From positions 2,048,001-2,112,000 of the forward strand of contig CAWGMQ010000010.1 in the NCBI GenBank assembly GCA_963823665.1: DNA of 64,000 nt, written 5' to 3'. The notes beneath the pieces are model-generated. The model saw nothing but the letters and a program-made list of their open reading frames with translations. It was not told where the DNA came from and made no database searches. Each line of letters opens with the position of its first letter. Within the stretch, counting starts at the first letter, position 1. The stretch comes from an uncultured Planctomycetota bacterium. GTDB taxonomy: Bacteria > Planctomycetota > Planctomycetia > Isosphaerales > Isosphaeraceae. A program made the position numbers and the translations under genes. Positions 34,001-45,216 of the stretch are shown piece by piece.

Positions 34001-37000
34001 GTGGTGTCGAACGAGCCCAGGTCGAGCGTGGTCGTGAGCGGCAAGCTCCCGAGACTGATCGGCACCGGCGTCGATGTGAAGACCGTGTGACCGTCGCTGT
34101 CCGTGACCGTGTATTGCACCTGCGCTTGCCGTGCATCGAGCAGGCCGGCATAAATGTCAGCGGAAACGTCAACCGTACCCCCGCTGCTAACCAGGGTCCC
34201 TGGATTCGGTGTCACCGACAGCACCGAAACCACGTCCTGCGTGACGGGCGGACCGACGTTGACCGTCGTCGCGAGCGACGTGTTATCGGGGATGTCGGCG
34301 GCAGGAGTAAGGGTCAGCGTCTGCGTGACCGATCCGCCGATGGGAATGTTCACCGGCGCCTCGTTTGTGGCCACGGTAACACCGCTCGCGGTGGCAAGCG
34401 ACACGGCAGCGCTGGCGGCGACGTTGCCGTCGTTGGTCAGCGGAAGCGTGTCGGTGACTGGCGTGCCGGGCGTGGTGCTGACTTCTGCCGGACTACCGGC
34501 CACGCTGACCGCGTAGATCGCCGGCATCGAAAAGTCCTCAGTGTCTTGCAGCACGTCCTTTGAGTTCGTCGCATTGGTGGCGGTGACGGTGAAGGAATAG
34601 TTGCCGATGGCGGGTATCTGGCTGCCGCTCGGCATGAGGTAGACACCGACAAAGCCGGTCTGGCCGGCGGGAATGGTGACGCTGGAGGCGCTGCGAGACC
34701 AGCGTGAAGCCGCTCGGCACATTGGAAAACGTCAGGTTTTCGGTCACCGGTGCGGGTCCGCTGTTGTCGATCTCTACCTTGAAGGCCGTCGGCAGTTCGG
34801 CGCCGTCGAAAGGTACGGTGAAAATAGGGTCGGTGACAACGCTTAGCGTCTCGCCCGCTGTCGCCGGCTTGATCGTCATCTCGAGTGTGGTCTGCGCCAC
34901 CAGGTTCGCATTGGTGCTTGATTGAGCGATAACCTGGATCGGATACGCGCCGCCCTGCAGTCCGGGTGCGGGAATGGCCGTCACCACACCGGCGCTATTA
35001 ATGGTCACGGTCCAGCCAGGCGGGGCTGTGGCGGTGAGGTTGTAGTTGTCCGCGAAGCTTGTGTTGACGTTGACCTGGAGTGTCTTCGGTGTGTTCTGGT
35101 CGGTCGTGAGCGCGACGGGAGTGGCCGACACGGTCAGCACATTGGCTGTGTTGCCATTGAGCGTGACTGCATCGAGATTGTTGCCGCCGCCGGCCGCGAC
35201 GGTGACGCTCCCCGTGTAGCCGTCCAGCGTGATGCCGCTGGTGGGATCGACCGGATCGCCGCCGACAGTGACGGTTCCCGTTCCAGGGCCGAGGTTGACG
35301 GTGCCGCTGGTGGCCGTGATGGCGACGGAACCGCTGAAGTTCGGCGAGGTGGTCGTGCCGCTGCCGCCCAGGTTTGCTGCGGTGGTCGTGACGGTGTAGG
35401 TCCCGGCGGGCAGCGTCTGGCCGTTCAACGTCAGGCCATCGGTCGTCAAAATAATCGAGGCATCGCCGGTGAGGGTCGCCGAATAGCTGTCCCAGTCGGC
35501 GCTGACGCCGAGTGAAGACTCCGCTGAGCCATAGAAGGAAAGGCTTCCCGTACCATTGACGCTGAAGGAATCCGACCCATTGATGGCCAGCGGAATGGCG
35601 TTGGCGGACGTGAATGCGACATTACCCGAGCCGATCACGGTTCCGTGGGAATTGCGGACCGTGGCGCTAGCTGCTTCAAGGGAGATCGCCTGAAAACTGC
35701 TGTTCGCCATACTGGACCACGAAGCCGTCATGTTGCCCGATGCCCCGGCGTTTAACGCTTGAACGGCACCGCCGACCTGGCCGGATGCCGCATTTGACTG
35801 AATATTAGTTTCCGCATTGAAGGTGTCAGTAGGTTGAGTCGGAAACGGCAAATCCAGACTCATCAACTCAGGTTGCAGTGGGGGATCGCCGGCTGCTACG
35901 AGACCACCCAAGATCGCGCCGATAACTAAAAACGCGACAGCAAAAGGAGGATAACCGGTCGTTTTACCGGCTATGGTAATTAAAGCAAGGCTCACAGCGC
36001 CTTTCGTAGCTACCCCCGCCGGGCTAGTTGCGGCATTATGTATGGACGTACCTAGACTTTTTAGGAGGTCCTTGAGTAGCTGATAGTATTCGGGAGGAGT
36101 AATGTAAAGAAAACTTGCGGATATTAATGCGATACTGATAACGGGAAGATACTCTTCAAAGGTTTCACCCAAAAATTCACCGGACTGCCCCTCTGCGACC
36201 ATTTCCCCTGTCGCTGGGTTGTAATTGAACCAGGCAGTAGTTTCCGTACCATTTGCTGTAAGCCCGCTGGTTGGAACGATTACCGTTTCACCATTTTGCA
36301 CATTCTTCGTGATTCTCGCGATCGCCTCGGCAGGTAAGTTCAAAGATTGCAGAAGCGTTAGATTATTTGCGCTGATGGCCGTCAACGGGATGCCCGCCTG
36401 AACTGATCGCTGAAAAATCATCACGGCACTTAAATTCTGACTTGCGGCGGATGTGGGAAGTAATTGACTTTCCAAGAAGCTGTCAAAAACGCCGCGGGCC
36501 GTGGCAAACCTCAATGCTGCCTGCGTACTCTGTCCGGGTGACGCGAGAACCCGAAGAGAATCACGGAGCAGATTCAAGGTGTACGTGACAGTCGATTGAT
36601 TGTTCGCAGTTACAATCCCGCTCGAAAACGCGGTCACCCTGGGTCGGTCGGAATATGCGGTAACGGAAAACCCGCTGTCAAGGTTGGCAGCTTCTCGGTC
36701 CGAGAGTACTGCGAAACTAGCTAAAAGGGCGGCGCAACTACGATCAACACATTCGCTTGATCTGTAAACGTGGGATTTGTCTCCGAAGAGACGGTCCCGA
36801 CAACTTGGCTCGCTTGGGCCTGTGCAAGCTGTGCCGCAGCGGAAGTTTGGAGCCCAGGAAGGATACTGAGCGTGGTCAGGTCCGCGGGTGTGATTATCGG
36901 TGGACCGGATGGGTTGAACCCAACGTTCTCGACGGGCGCCAGTCCTTGCCGCCCGGCGTATCCGATGCGGTCAACCAGGGTCTGGCTGAAAGTCGCCGCG

Positions 37001-40000
37001 GTCGTCCCTGCCCCATTCAAGGTGACGTTCAGGAAAAGCCCGGTAAGGATCTGACTGGCGAGCGGGAAACTGTCGAGGATTTCCTGGTACGGTATCCCTG
37101 CTATCGTCACAGCTTGAGTCGAGGGGAAGGCCTCATCCCCAAGGACGATGAAGGGAGTATAAGTATTCGTGACGACACCGGCGATGAGAGCGCCTGCGGC
37201 CTGGCTGCTAACGAAGTTTCCGATCGTCACTGGCCGGCCCACCAGATTCACATCATTGAATGTATGATCCAGGACGACCGTCTCTGTATACGGATTCGAT
37301 CCGAACGCCGCCGCACCCTGGCTGTAAATCTCCGCCGTGAGCGACACCTCGGCAGTCTGCCGGAGGTCGGCCGGCACATCCGTGAACGTGCCGGTGGGAG
37401 CGGTGAACGTCTGCCCGATCTGCCCCTCCGAAGCCACCTCGGCCATCAGCGGATCGGCGTTCACCCAGCCGCTACCGGTGTTGAACTCGAACCAGTAGTG
37501 ACTCTCCGTTTCCTGCTCGAGCGTCAGGCCGTCATCTTGCACTGATTGCTCGATCGACGATGCGGTGGCAACCGTCGTTCCGGCCGGGATGTAGCCGACC
37601 GTTTGATAGCTCGCCGGGAACATCGACAGAATTAGCGCGTCAGCCTGGCTGGCGGACAGAGTGCCCGAGACGTATTGGGCTGGGATGCCCGAGGCTCGCA
37701 TCAGGGCCACCCCGAGGCTCGCCACGTCCAATGCGTTGCCGGCGTCGGACCACAGCGTACCGCGGGCGCCGCGCAGCGAGCCGACGTACGAGTTGTAGCC
37801 GATGTCGTTTTCCAGGAAGTTGAAAATATTCTGCGCGTTGTAATCGAGGACGGCGGCTTCTTGCTGGATGAATGGGTCGGCAATCTGCTGGCCCGGCGTG
37901 TCGCTCAGGTTGGTCGCATCGGTGTCCGGCGTGGAGCTCAGCAGGGCGATGCCGCCGGGAATAGCGTTGATGCTGCCCGGTTGGAGCGTCGCGGCGGGCG
38001 TGGAATTCGAGATCGGGCCGGCATTGAGCGTGGCGAAAGCCTGCGCGCCGGCGTCCAACTTCAAGATGCTGGAATTCGCCAGCGACACCGTAATCGTCAC
38101 GCTGGTCCAGTAGTCCCCCTCGATCGTTCCCAGGCTGAACGCCAGGTTCTGCCCGCTCTGGTCCGGCTGCTGCGATGCGCTCACCAGCGTCACGCCGGGT
38201 TCCAGCGTATCGGTCAACAGCACGCCCGTGATCGAGTCGGCTTGCTGGTTGTAGACCGTGAAGGTGATGGTTTCCTGACCATTCTGCACGTCGCCGGCGA
38301 AATAGGTGGACAGAGTCCGGCCGACGATGATGTCCGTGCTGGGCGTCTCGGAGATTTGCCCGGGCAGGATGATTTCCTGCTGCGTGGTCGTGGGGAAGCC
38401 GGCCGCGGAAGCCGTCAGCGTGGGCGCTCCTGGCTGGGTGTCGGTGTATTCGAACGTGGCAATGCTTGCGTTCTGGGGAATGATGATCTGCCCGCCGGCA
38501 AGCGGCAGGCCGTTTGGCAAGGAGAAGCTACCGCCAGTGGAGCTGCTGCTCAGCGTGACCGTCACGCCGCCGACCCCCGCGGGCGCCGGGTCGCCGTCGA
38601 CGTCTTCGAGCTCGACCGTGATGGCTCCGGTGGGCTGCCCGGCGTCGGTGGTCTGGCCCAGCGATGTGAATACCAGCGCAGGCGGTTGCGACTGGAAGGC
38701 GCCGATGTCGAGGCTGCCGTTCACGAGGCGCGGCAGCCCGCGCTGGTCGGTGGCGGGCAGATTGGCGGCGCCGGCGTTGCCGGCGCCGATGGCGGGGCTA
38801 CCGGCAAAGAGAGCCAGAGTCTGCGTGGGACCACCGTAATTGCCCAGCGCGGACAACATCGGGTTGTCTGTGAAGACGTCGTGCGGCCCCACCGTGGGAT
38901 CGGTCGTGGGGTTGTTGACGGCCGTGCCCAGCAGGTTGTAGCCATCATCCGTGGTGATGGTGCCTTCGATGTCGCGATCGGCGTACGATGGGAAGTTGTT
39001 GCCGGCCACGATGCTGTTTACGAGAGTCAGCGTGCCGGCGCTCGTGATACCGCCACCGCCGGTGGCGTTTTCGAGCGCCGGCGAGCCTGCGCCGGCGACG
39101 CTGGTGCCGCCGGCGTAGCCCGCGGAATTGCCGGATATGGTGGAGTCGCTCACTGTGAGACTGCTGCCAAGCTCGTTGTCGATTCCGCCGCCCGAGTTGG
39201 CGGAATTGCCAAAGAACGTGGAGTTGCTCACCGTCACCGTGGCACCGCCGCTTGTGGCGTGGCTGTCGATGCCGCCGCCGTACTCGGTCGCGGAATTATT
39301 GGAGAACGTGGAAGCCGTCACCGTCACCGTGGCAGAGTTCTCGATGCCGGCGCCGATGCCGGCCCGATTGCCGGAGAGGGTGGAGCTGCTCACCGTCAAC
39401 ATGGCATTGTTGTCGATGCCGCCGCCGGAGCTGCCGGCGCTATTCCCAGACAACGTGGAGCTGCTTACCGTCAGCACGCCGCCGAGCTCGTTGTCGATGC
39501 CGCCGCCCAAGTTGCCGGCGTTATTCCCAGACAAGGTGGAGCTATCCACCATCAGCGTGCGAGTGTTATCGATGCCGCCGCCGGAGCCGCTGGCGGTGTT
39601 GCCGGAGACGGTGGAGCTGCTGAGCGTGAGGGTGCCACTGTTCTCGATGCCGGCGCCGGAGGCCGCGGCATTGCCCGAGATGGTATCGCCCATCACGGTC
39701 AAGGTGCCGTCATTGTCGATGCCGCCGCCGTTGTTGCCGCTGCCGGGATTGCCGTCCTCGATCGTGAGGCCACTCAGAATGGCCTGCGCACCGATATCGA
39801 CCAGGAAAACCTGGCTGGTGTTGTTGCCGCTGACGGTGATCTCGCCGCCACCTTCGATCGTTGTCGTGGCGTTGTCAACGACCGTCAGCTTGAGCACTCC
39901 CTGGGTCAGCGTGAGGGTGCTGCCACTCAGGCTGGGGGCAAAGTTGATGGTGTCGGTGACGCCGAGAATGGCGTCGAAATTCGCGGCCGCAATGGCGGAG

Positions 40001-43000
40001 CGCAACGAGACCAACCCGTTCGAGTCCGTGGGATCATCCGTGCCGCTGTTCTTCTGGCTGGCGTCGGCACTGTCGGTGACGACGAAGGTTGTCTCAGAGG
40101 CGCTGAAATGAAGGGTGGTGTCGCTGGGGGCGAAGTTTTGAGTGCTGCCAGTACCATTGCCGAGGGTCGTGTTCGATGATGCGGCGACGACGGCGCCGCT
40201 GGCAGCGCCGACGGTGGCCGGGCCGTTGGCCGAGGCGAGAACGCCGTTCTGGCCGAGGGTGTAAATGTCCACGCCCAGAGCCATGCCGCTGCCGCTGGTG
40301 GCGACGGCGTCATTGCTGAAGGTGTCGCTGTCCAGGGTGAGGCCGCCGTTGAGGTTGAATAGGGCGCCCCCATAAGCGGACCCGGCGCCGGCGCCGCCCG
40401 TGGCTGCGCCGCCCTGCGCCGTGTTGCCGGTCAGAGAGGTGGTGGTAAGGCTCACGGTGCCGGCCGCATTGAAGATGGCGCCGCCAAATCCGGCACCGCC
40501 GCCGCCGCTGCCGGCCGCCCCGTTGCCGCCGCCTGTGCCGCCACCAGCGCCGAAGCCGCCGATAGCGCCGGGGCCGCCGGCGCCGTAGGCGCCCTCGCCG
40601 CCGCCACCACCGCCGCCACCAAAGCCGCCGGCACCGCCACCGTTGCCGCCGCCATAGACGCCCGCCCCGCCGCCGCCGCCTCCGCCGCCGAACCCGCCCC
40701 CGAAACCCGGGGTGCCGCCATCGCTCGCCGGGAGCGCGATGCCGCCATCGCCACCGCCGCCGAAGCCGCCGCCGGAAGTCCCGCCGTACGCCCCCCCGTC
40801 CGACGATCCAGCGCCGCCGCCGCCCGCGCCTACGTTCCCGCCGTCGATACCTGGTGCCGGTGGCGCAATGAGCGAACCGCCCTGGCCGCCTGACGCGGTA
40901 TTGCTCGTGAAGGTGCAATCCACTGTCGTGACACTTCCGCCGTCATTGAATACCGCGCCGCCCAATCCCGCGCCACCGCCGCCGGCGCCGCCACCGCTCT
41001 GCGAGCCGCCAGCGCCACCCTGGGCCAGTCCGCCCGTCAGCGTCACCTTTTGCAGCGTCATGCTGCCGGTCGGCGCCACGTCGAACAGGCGGAAGGCGAG
41101 CACCTGGCCGCCCGGGTAGTCCGCCGCGCTGGTGTCGCGCGCGATCGTGATCCCCTGGGTGGCATCGCCCTGGATGGTGAGCTGGCCAGTGACCAGAAAA
41201 GCGGAGTCGCCGATGGTCGTATCGCCGATTTGTATCAGGTTGACGCTTTGCCCTGCGAGCGCGGCGCGAACACGATCGTATCGGCGACCCCGCCCGGGGC
41301 GCTGTCGGCCTCGGAAATCGCGTCGCGCAGGGAGACGCCGCTATGCAAAACGGCGTCTGATGTTGTCGTCACGGTCAGCGTCCCCGTCACGACGCCGTTG
41401 ACCATGAGCGTGGCGATGTTGCTGAACGCGCTGCCGTCGGCGTAAGTAAAAACGGCCTCATACTCGTCGCCGTTCATCGCGCTTGTCGCGGTGAAGCTCA
41501 GCGTGGTTGAAGTGGCGCCGCTGATGGGGCTGAACGTCTGGCCGCCATCTGAGCTGACCTCCCACTGCACCGTCGGCGTCGGAGTGCCCACAGGGACGGC
41601 CGTAAAGGTCGCCGTCGTCAAAGGATTGACCGTCTCACTGCCCGGTTGGATCGCGTCGCTATCGGGGACGGTGAGGCGGGTCAAGACGCTGTTGTTATTG
41701 ACGAAGTTATTGGTGCCGCCGGTGCCGTTGCCCAGGATCGTGTTGGTTCCCAGGGCGAGCGTCGCGCCGCTGGCGCTGCCGACCGTGGCGGAGCCGGTCG
41801 CCGAGGCGAGAACGCCATCGAGGCCAAGCGTGTAGATGTTGCTGCCTAGGGCGCCCGCCCCGCCACCCGGGGCGACGGTGTTGCCGAAGAGAGTATCGCC
41901 GGTCAAGGTGACAGAGCCGTTGAGGTTGAAGAGGGCGCCACCGTACGCAGATGCGGAGCCGGCGCCGCCCGTGGCTGCGCCGGCCTGCGCCGTGTTGCCG
42001 GTCAGAGAGGTGGTGGTAAGGCTCACGGTGCCGGCCGCATTGAAGATGGCGCCGCCAAATCCGGCACCGCCGCCGCCGCTGCCGGCCGCCCCGTTGCCGC
42101 CGCCTGTGCCGCCACCAGCGCCGAAGCCGCCGATAGCGCCGGGGCCGCCGGCGCCGTAGGCGCCCTCGCCGCCGCCACCACCGCCGCCACCAAAGCCGCC
42201 GGCACCGCCACCGTTGCCGCCGCCATAGACGCCCGCCCCGCCGCCGCCGCCTCCGCCGCCGAACCCGCCCCCGAAACCCGGGGTGCCGCCATCGCTCGCG
42301 GGGAGCGCGATGCCGCCATCGCCACCGCCGCCGAAGCCGCCGGCGGAAGTCCCGCCGTACGCCCCCCCGTCCGACGATCCGGCGCCGCCGCCGCCCGCGC
42401 CTACGTTCCCGCCGTCGATACCTGGTGCTGGTGGCGCAATGAGCGAACCGCCCTGGCCGCCTGACGCGGTATTGCCGGTGAAGGTGCAATCCACTGTCGT
42501 CACACTTCCGCCGTCATTGAATACCGCGCCGCCCAATCCCGCCCCACCGCCGCCGGCGCCGCCACCGCTCTGCGAGCCGCCATCGCCTCCCTGGGCGAGT
42601 CCGTTCGTGAGCGTGGCATTTTGCAGCGTCAAGTTGCCGGTCGGCGCCACGTCGAACAACCGGAAATCGAGCAACTGCCCTCCAGGGTAATCCGCCGCAT
42701 TGGTGTCGTGCGCGATCGTGATGCCCAGGGTGGGATCGCCCTCGATGGTGAGCTGGCTATTGATCAGAAAGGCCGAGTTGCCGAAGGAGGTATCGTCGAA
42801 AGCCGTCAGTTGAATGGTCTGTCCTGCCAGCGTGGGCGCGAACTGGATGGTATCGCCGCCGGCCGCGTGCAGCGGGCCGGCAATCTGGGTCTGCTCGAGG
42901 CCGCTGAGGCTGCCGATGGCCAGGGTGCCGTTTTCGACCAGGATGGCGTCGCGCAGCGTCAAGAGACCGCTGCTATTGCTGCTGTCGAGGACGCTGGTGT

Positions 43001-43175
43001 CGGCGAGACTGTTGACCGTGAAAAGCGCCGGGGCCAAACGGGCTTCCAGGACCTCCACGAAGAGGCGGCAGAATCTTCTGCGCAGCGACTCTCGACGTTT
43101 CGGCTTGCGGCACGACGGGAACAGCCCGTCCGGGAAAGAGTGCCTGAGATGGCCGGGTGTGACGACGAATGACAT
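28023..43175 (-). CDS. giant (~5,050 aa) surface/adhesin-like protein: Gly-rich repeats, Ig, beta-helix, transglutaminase-like domain, NEW3/CARDB-like and MBG/Big repeats; four frameshifts
   Basis: MSFVV..RLFVEVLEARLAPA start with GAGGGA SD; five ORF pieces join into continuous motif sequence at ~41262, ~36731, ~34693 and ~32557 with no intergenic space. Confidence 0.8.
28530..30115 (-). repeat. three intragenic ~528-nt (176-aa) Big/MBG-like repeats
   Basis: I(T/S)YGT.SV.LSG.I..GDFSA.FNTA..ATP.VTWATP..QLDATA.V.G.F.Y.P x3; gctgaaggcc recurs at 29043 and 29571. Confidence 0.85.
40350..42850 (-). repeat. near-identical intragenic duplication of a Gly-rich (PE-PGRS-like) block
   Basis: ~40350-41275 versus ~41920-42850, offset 1571-1572 nt; parallel shadow ORFs at 40452/42023 and 40712/42283. 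Confidence 0.9.
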
Positions 43176-43502
43176 TGGAGTCCCTCTGCTCACTGTGTCT
43201 CAGGACGGCGCGAACCATTCGTCATCGAATCTCTTCCCATTCCGGTGACGCGCGATGGATCACGTGCGTATCGATCTCTGAAATCGCACTCGGGCCACGC
43301 CGCAGCCATGGCGTTGTCTGAACGGCTCAGGTTGCGGTTCTGGGCTCTGTTTCATTTTGGCTTGCGCCCTGTTGCTTCGCTAGGCTCCGAACGGATGGCA
43401 AATGTGACACGATTCGAATAAAAAAAATGAATTATCTTCGAAAACGGGATCGCCGTTAAGAGCAAAGGGCATAGCAGCAAAGGACATACGCAGTTTAGGT
43501 GA

Positions 43503-43595
43503 ATTCCCTCGGAGGAGCTGTTCAACAGCCTGCGCGAGCATTTCAATGCCCAGCAGATGGTGGAACTGACCACGGCGATGGCGTGGGAGAATTTC
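43503..43595 (+). pseudogene. remnant of a carboxymuconolactone decarboxylase/AhpD-like C-terminus
   Basis: IPSEELFNSLREHFNAQQMVELTTAMAWENF, preceded by an in-frame TGA; no start codon. Confidence 0.55.
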
Positions 43596-43726
43596 CTGGT
43601 ACTCTGGATCATGCCCCGGATTTCCCGACAGCCTGGATTTCCTTTTACCTTTCCCTTAGCCTTGGGGCGACTCACGAGCGACTGTCACCAACCGTGCATT
43701 CAGCACCGATACAAAAGGAGAATCTG

Positions 43727-43969
43727 ATGGATCCGTTTCTCGGCCAGATTCGGCTAGTGCCCTACAACTTTGCGCCTAGAGGTTGGCAGTTTTGCGAAGG
43801 ACAACTCATCCCGATCTCATCGAACCAGGCCCTGTTTGCCCTCCTCGGCGCAACGCATGGCGGGGATGGGAAGACCACCTTCGCCCTGCCAAACCTCAAG
43901 GGCAAAGAGCCAGGTCCAAATATGCATTACTGCATCGCGCTGGTAGGTGCATTCCCTAACAGGCAGTAG
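43727..43969 (+). CDS. minimal phage tail-collar domain protein (microcystin-dependent protein MdpB-like), 80 aa
   Basis: AAGGAG SD; MDPFLGQIRLVPYNFAPRGWQFCEGQLIPISSNQALFALLGATHGGDGKTTFALPNL..HYCIALVGAFP. Confidence 0.9.
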   Translation: MDPFLGQIRLVPYNFAPRGWQFCEGQLIPISSNQALFALLGATHGGDGKTTFALPNLKGKEPGPNMHYCIALVGAFPNRQ

Positions 43970-44013
43970 CCTGGATTTTCGAGATGGCGGTGAGCCTCGC
44001 CCCCGCATTCCGC

Positions 44014-45144
44014 TTACCAAGGCGATTTGGTTCCTGGCACCTTTTCCCGGTTCGGCAACAGTTGTTCGAGCAGTCCGCTGAACCAGATGGCGTCCGTATC
44101 CGTGCTCGGCTTCGTCAACAGCATGAAAGTGTGTCCATTGGCCTGCCAAACCGCTTCGTGGGGGCCATATCGCTCAGTCAAAAATGCGTGGTGAACGTTC
44201 TGGCCGTGGATGCTCAGGATCTCAGTCGAACAAGGCTGAAGATCCGGCCGCGGCGGATACGCAACACCGCCGGCCTCTTTCGACGGAGAAACCAACAGCC
44301 GCAGGTATCGGGCTGGAGGCTCGTCGGCCTCGTACACGTAGTCAACCTCTTGAGGCTGTTCCTGCGATCCATAAACAAACGCCGCGTTCAAACGAAAGCC
44401 GTAGGCAGGCGGCGGGGCGACTTCTCGACCGGGCAGATCGGTGGGGAGATTCGTCGCGCTGTAGACAGCCAGTTCAACGGTGGGAGGCGTTCGCTCGTGG
44501 GCAAAATATCCGCAGGGGACAGCGATGGTTTGCTCCTGGTGACGGCTCTGGTAGCACAACTCTGAAATGGGAGTTGCGAGAATGCGTCTTCTTGCGTCCA
44601 GATCGACAGGGCACATCCCGCAGCAGATGGCCCGCAGCTCGTCGTCGCCAAAGGCGCCTTCGTAGGTGGAAAGCTCGATCGTGGTGCGGTCGATGCTCAC
44701 GGCCGCCGCACGGGCCTTGCGAAAGTCAGTGCCGAGCCAGCCGATGTTCTTGCCCACTTCAAACGGCTCGTTCCGGCTTTTCCAAAGGCAAGGGTGGTCA
44801 AATGCGGGAGGCGCCCAGTCGTAGAGGAACTGCTTCACGCGCAGGCGCCGACCACTGCCGACGATCTCAAAGCGGAGCGAACACCGGTTGTGGTCGTGCC
44901 AGTCCGGCCGGCCTGCTACGTCGTTGGTGCGACCGGGAGGGGCTTCTGGACGCAAGGTAAGATTCTCGAGCGATAGACCTGGCGGAAGATCGCGCGGCCG
45001 CATGACGACAAAATTGCACCATGGCTGGACTTGTTCCCACGCGACAGTGCGAATTCTTGACTCCTCGCAATCGACGGAACTCGCCGCCCTATGTCGCCAG
45101 TATTCTGAGCCAGCGTGGCTTTCGGTTGTTGTTTCCCGGGTCAC
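44014..45144 (-). CDS. hypothetical protein (376 aa)
   Basis: GGAGG SD 8 nt before GTG; globular-looking composition (PWCNFVVMRP, VKQFLYDWAPPAFDHPCLW); no family recognised. Confidence 0.75.
   Translation of the reverse strand: MTRETTTESHAGSEYWRHRAASSVDCEESRIRTVAWEQVQPWCNFVVMRPRDLPPGLSLENLTLRPEAPPGRTNDVAGRPDWHDHNRCSLRFEIVGSGRRLRVKQFLYDWAPPAFDHPCLWKSRNEPFEVGKNIGWLGTDFRKARAAAVSIDRTTIELSTYEGAFGDDELRAICCGMCPVDLDARRRILATPISELCYQSRHQEQTIAVPCGYFAHERTPPTVELAVYSATNLPTDLPGREVAPPPAYGFRLNAAFVYGSQEQPQEVDYVYEADEPPARYLRLLVSPSKEAGGVAYPPRPDLQPCSTEILSIHGQNVHHAFLTERYGPHEAVWQANGHTFMLLTKPSTDTDAIWFSGLLEQLLPNREKVPGTKSPW
44029..44048 (+). repeat. REP-like motif GGTTCCTGRCACCTTTT, copy 1
   Basis: ggttcctggcaccttttccc. 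Confidence 0.85.
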
Positions 45145-45172
45145 GTCACGTTCCTCCCGCAGGCGATGAATC

Positions 45173-45192
45173 GGTTCCTGGCACCTTTTCCC
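45173..45192 (+). repeat. REP-like motif, copy 2
   Basis: ggttcctggcaccttttccc. Confidence 0.85.
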
Positions 45193-45216
45193 CCGCGGAT
45201 CAGGGTTTTTGAGAAG

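Noticed and set aside
37675..40179. 834-aa plus-strand ORF and similar long ORFs opposite the giant gene
   Set aside because: GC-rich antisense shadows of repetitive coding sequence.
40350..42850. Duplication as a DGR template/variable repeat
   Set aside because: No reverse transcriptase, both copies lie in-frame in one gene, and differences are not adenine-specific.
43727..43969. Prophage
   Set aside because: No other phage structural, integrase or replication genes.
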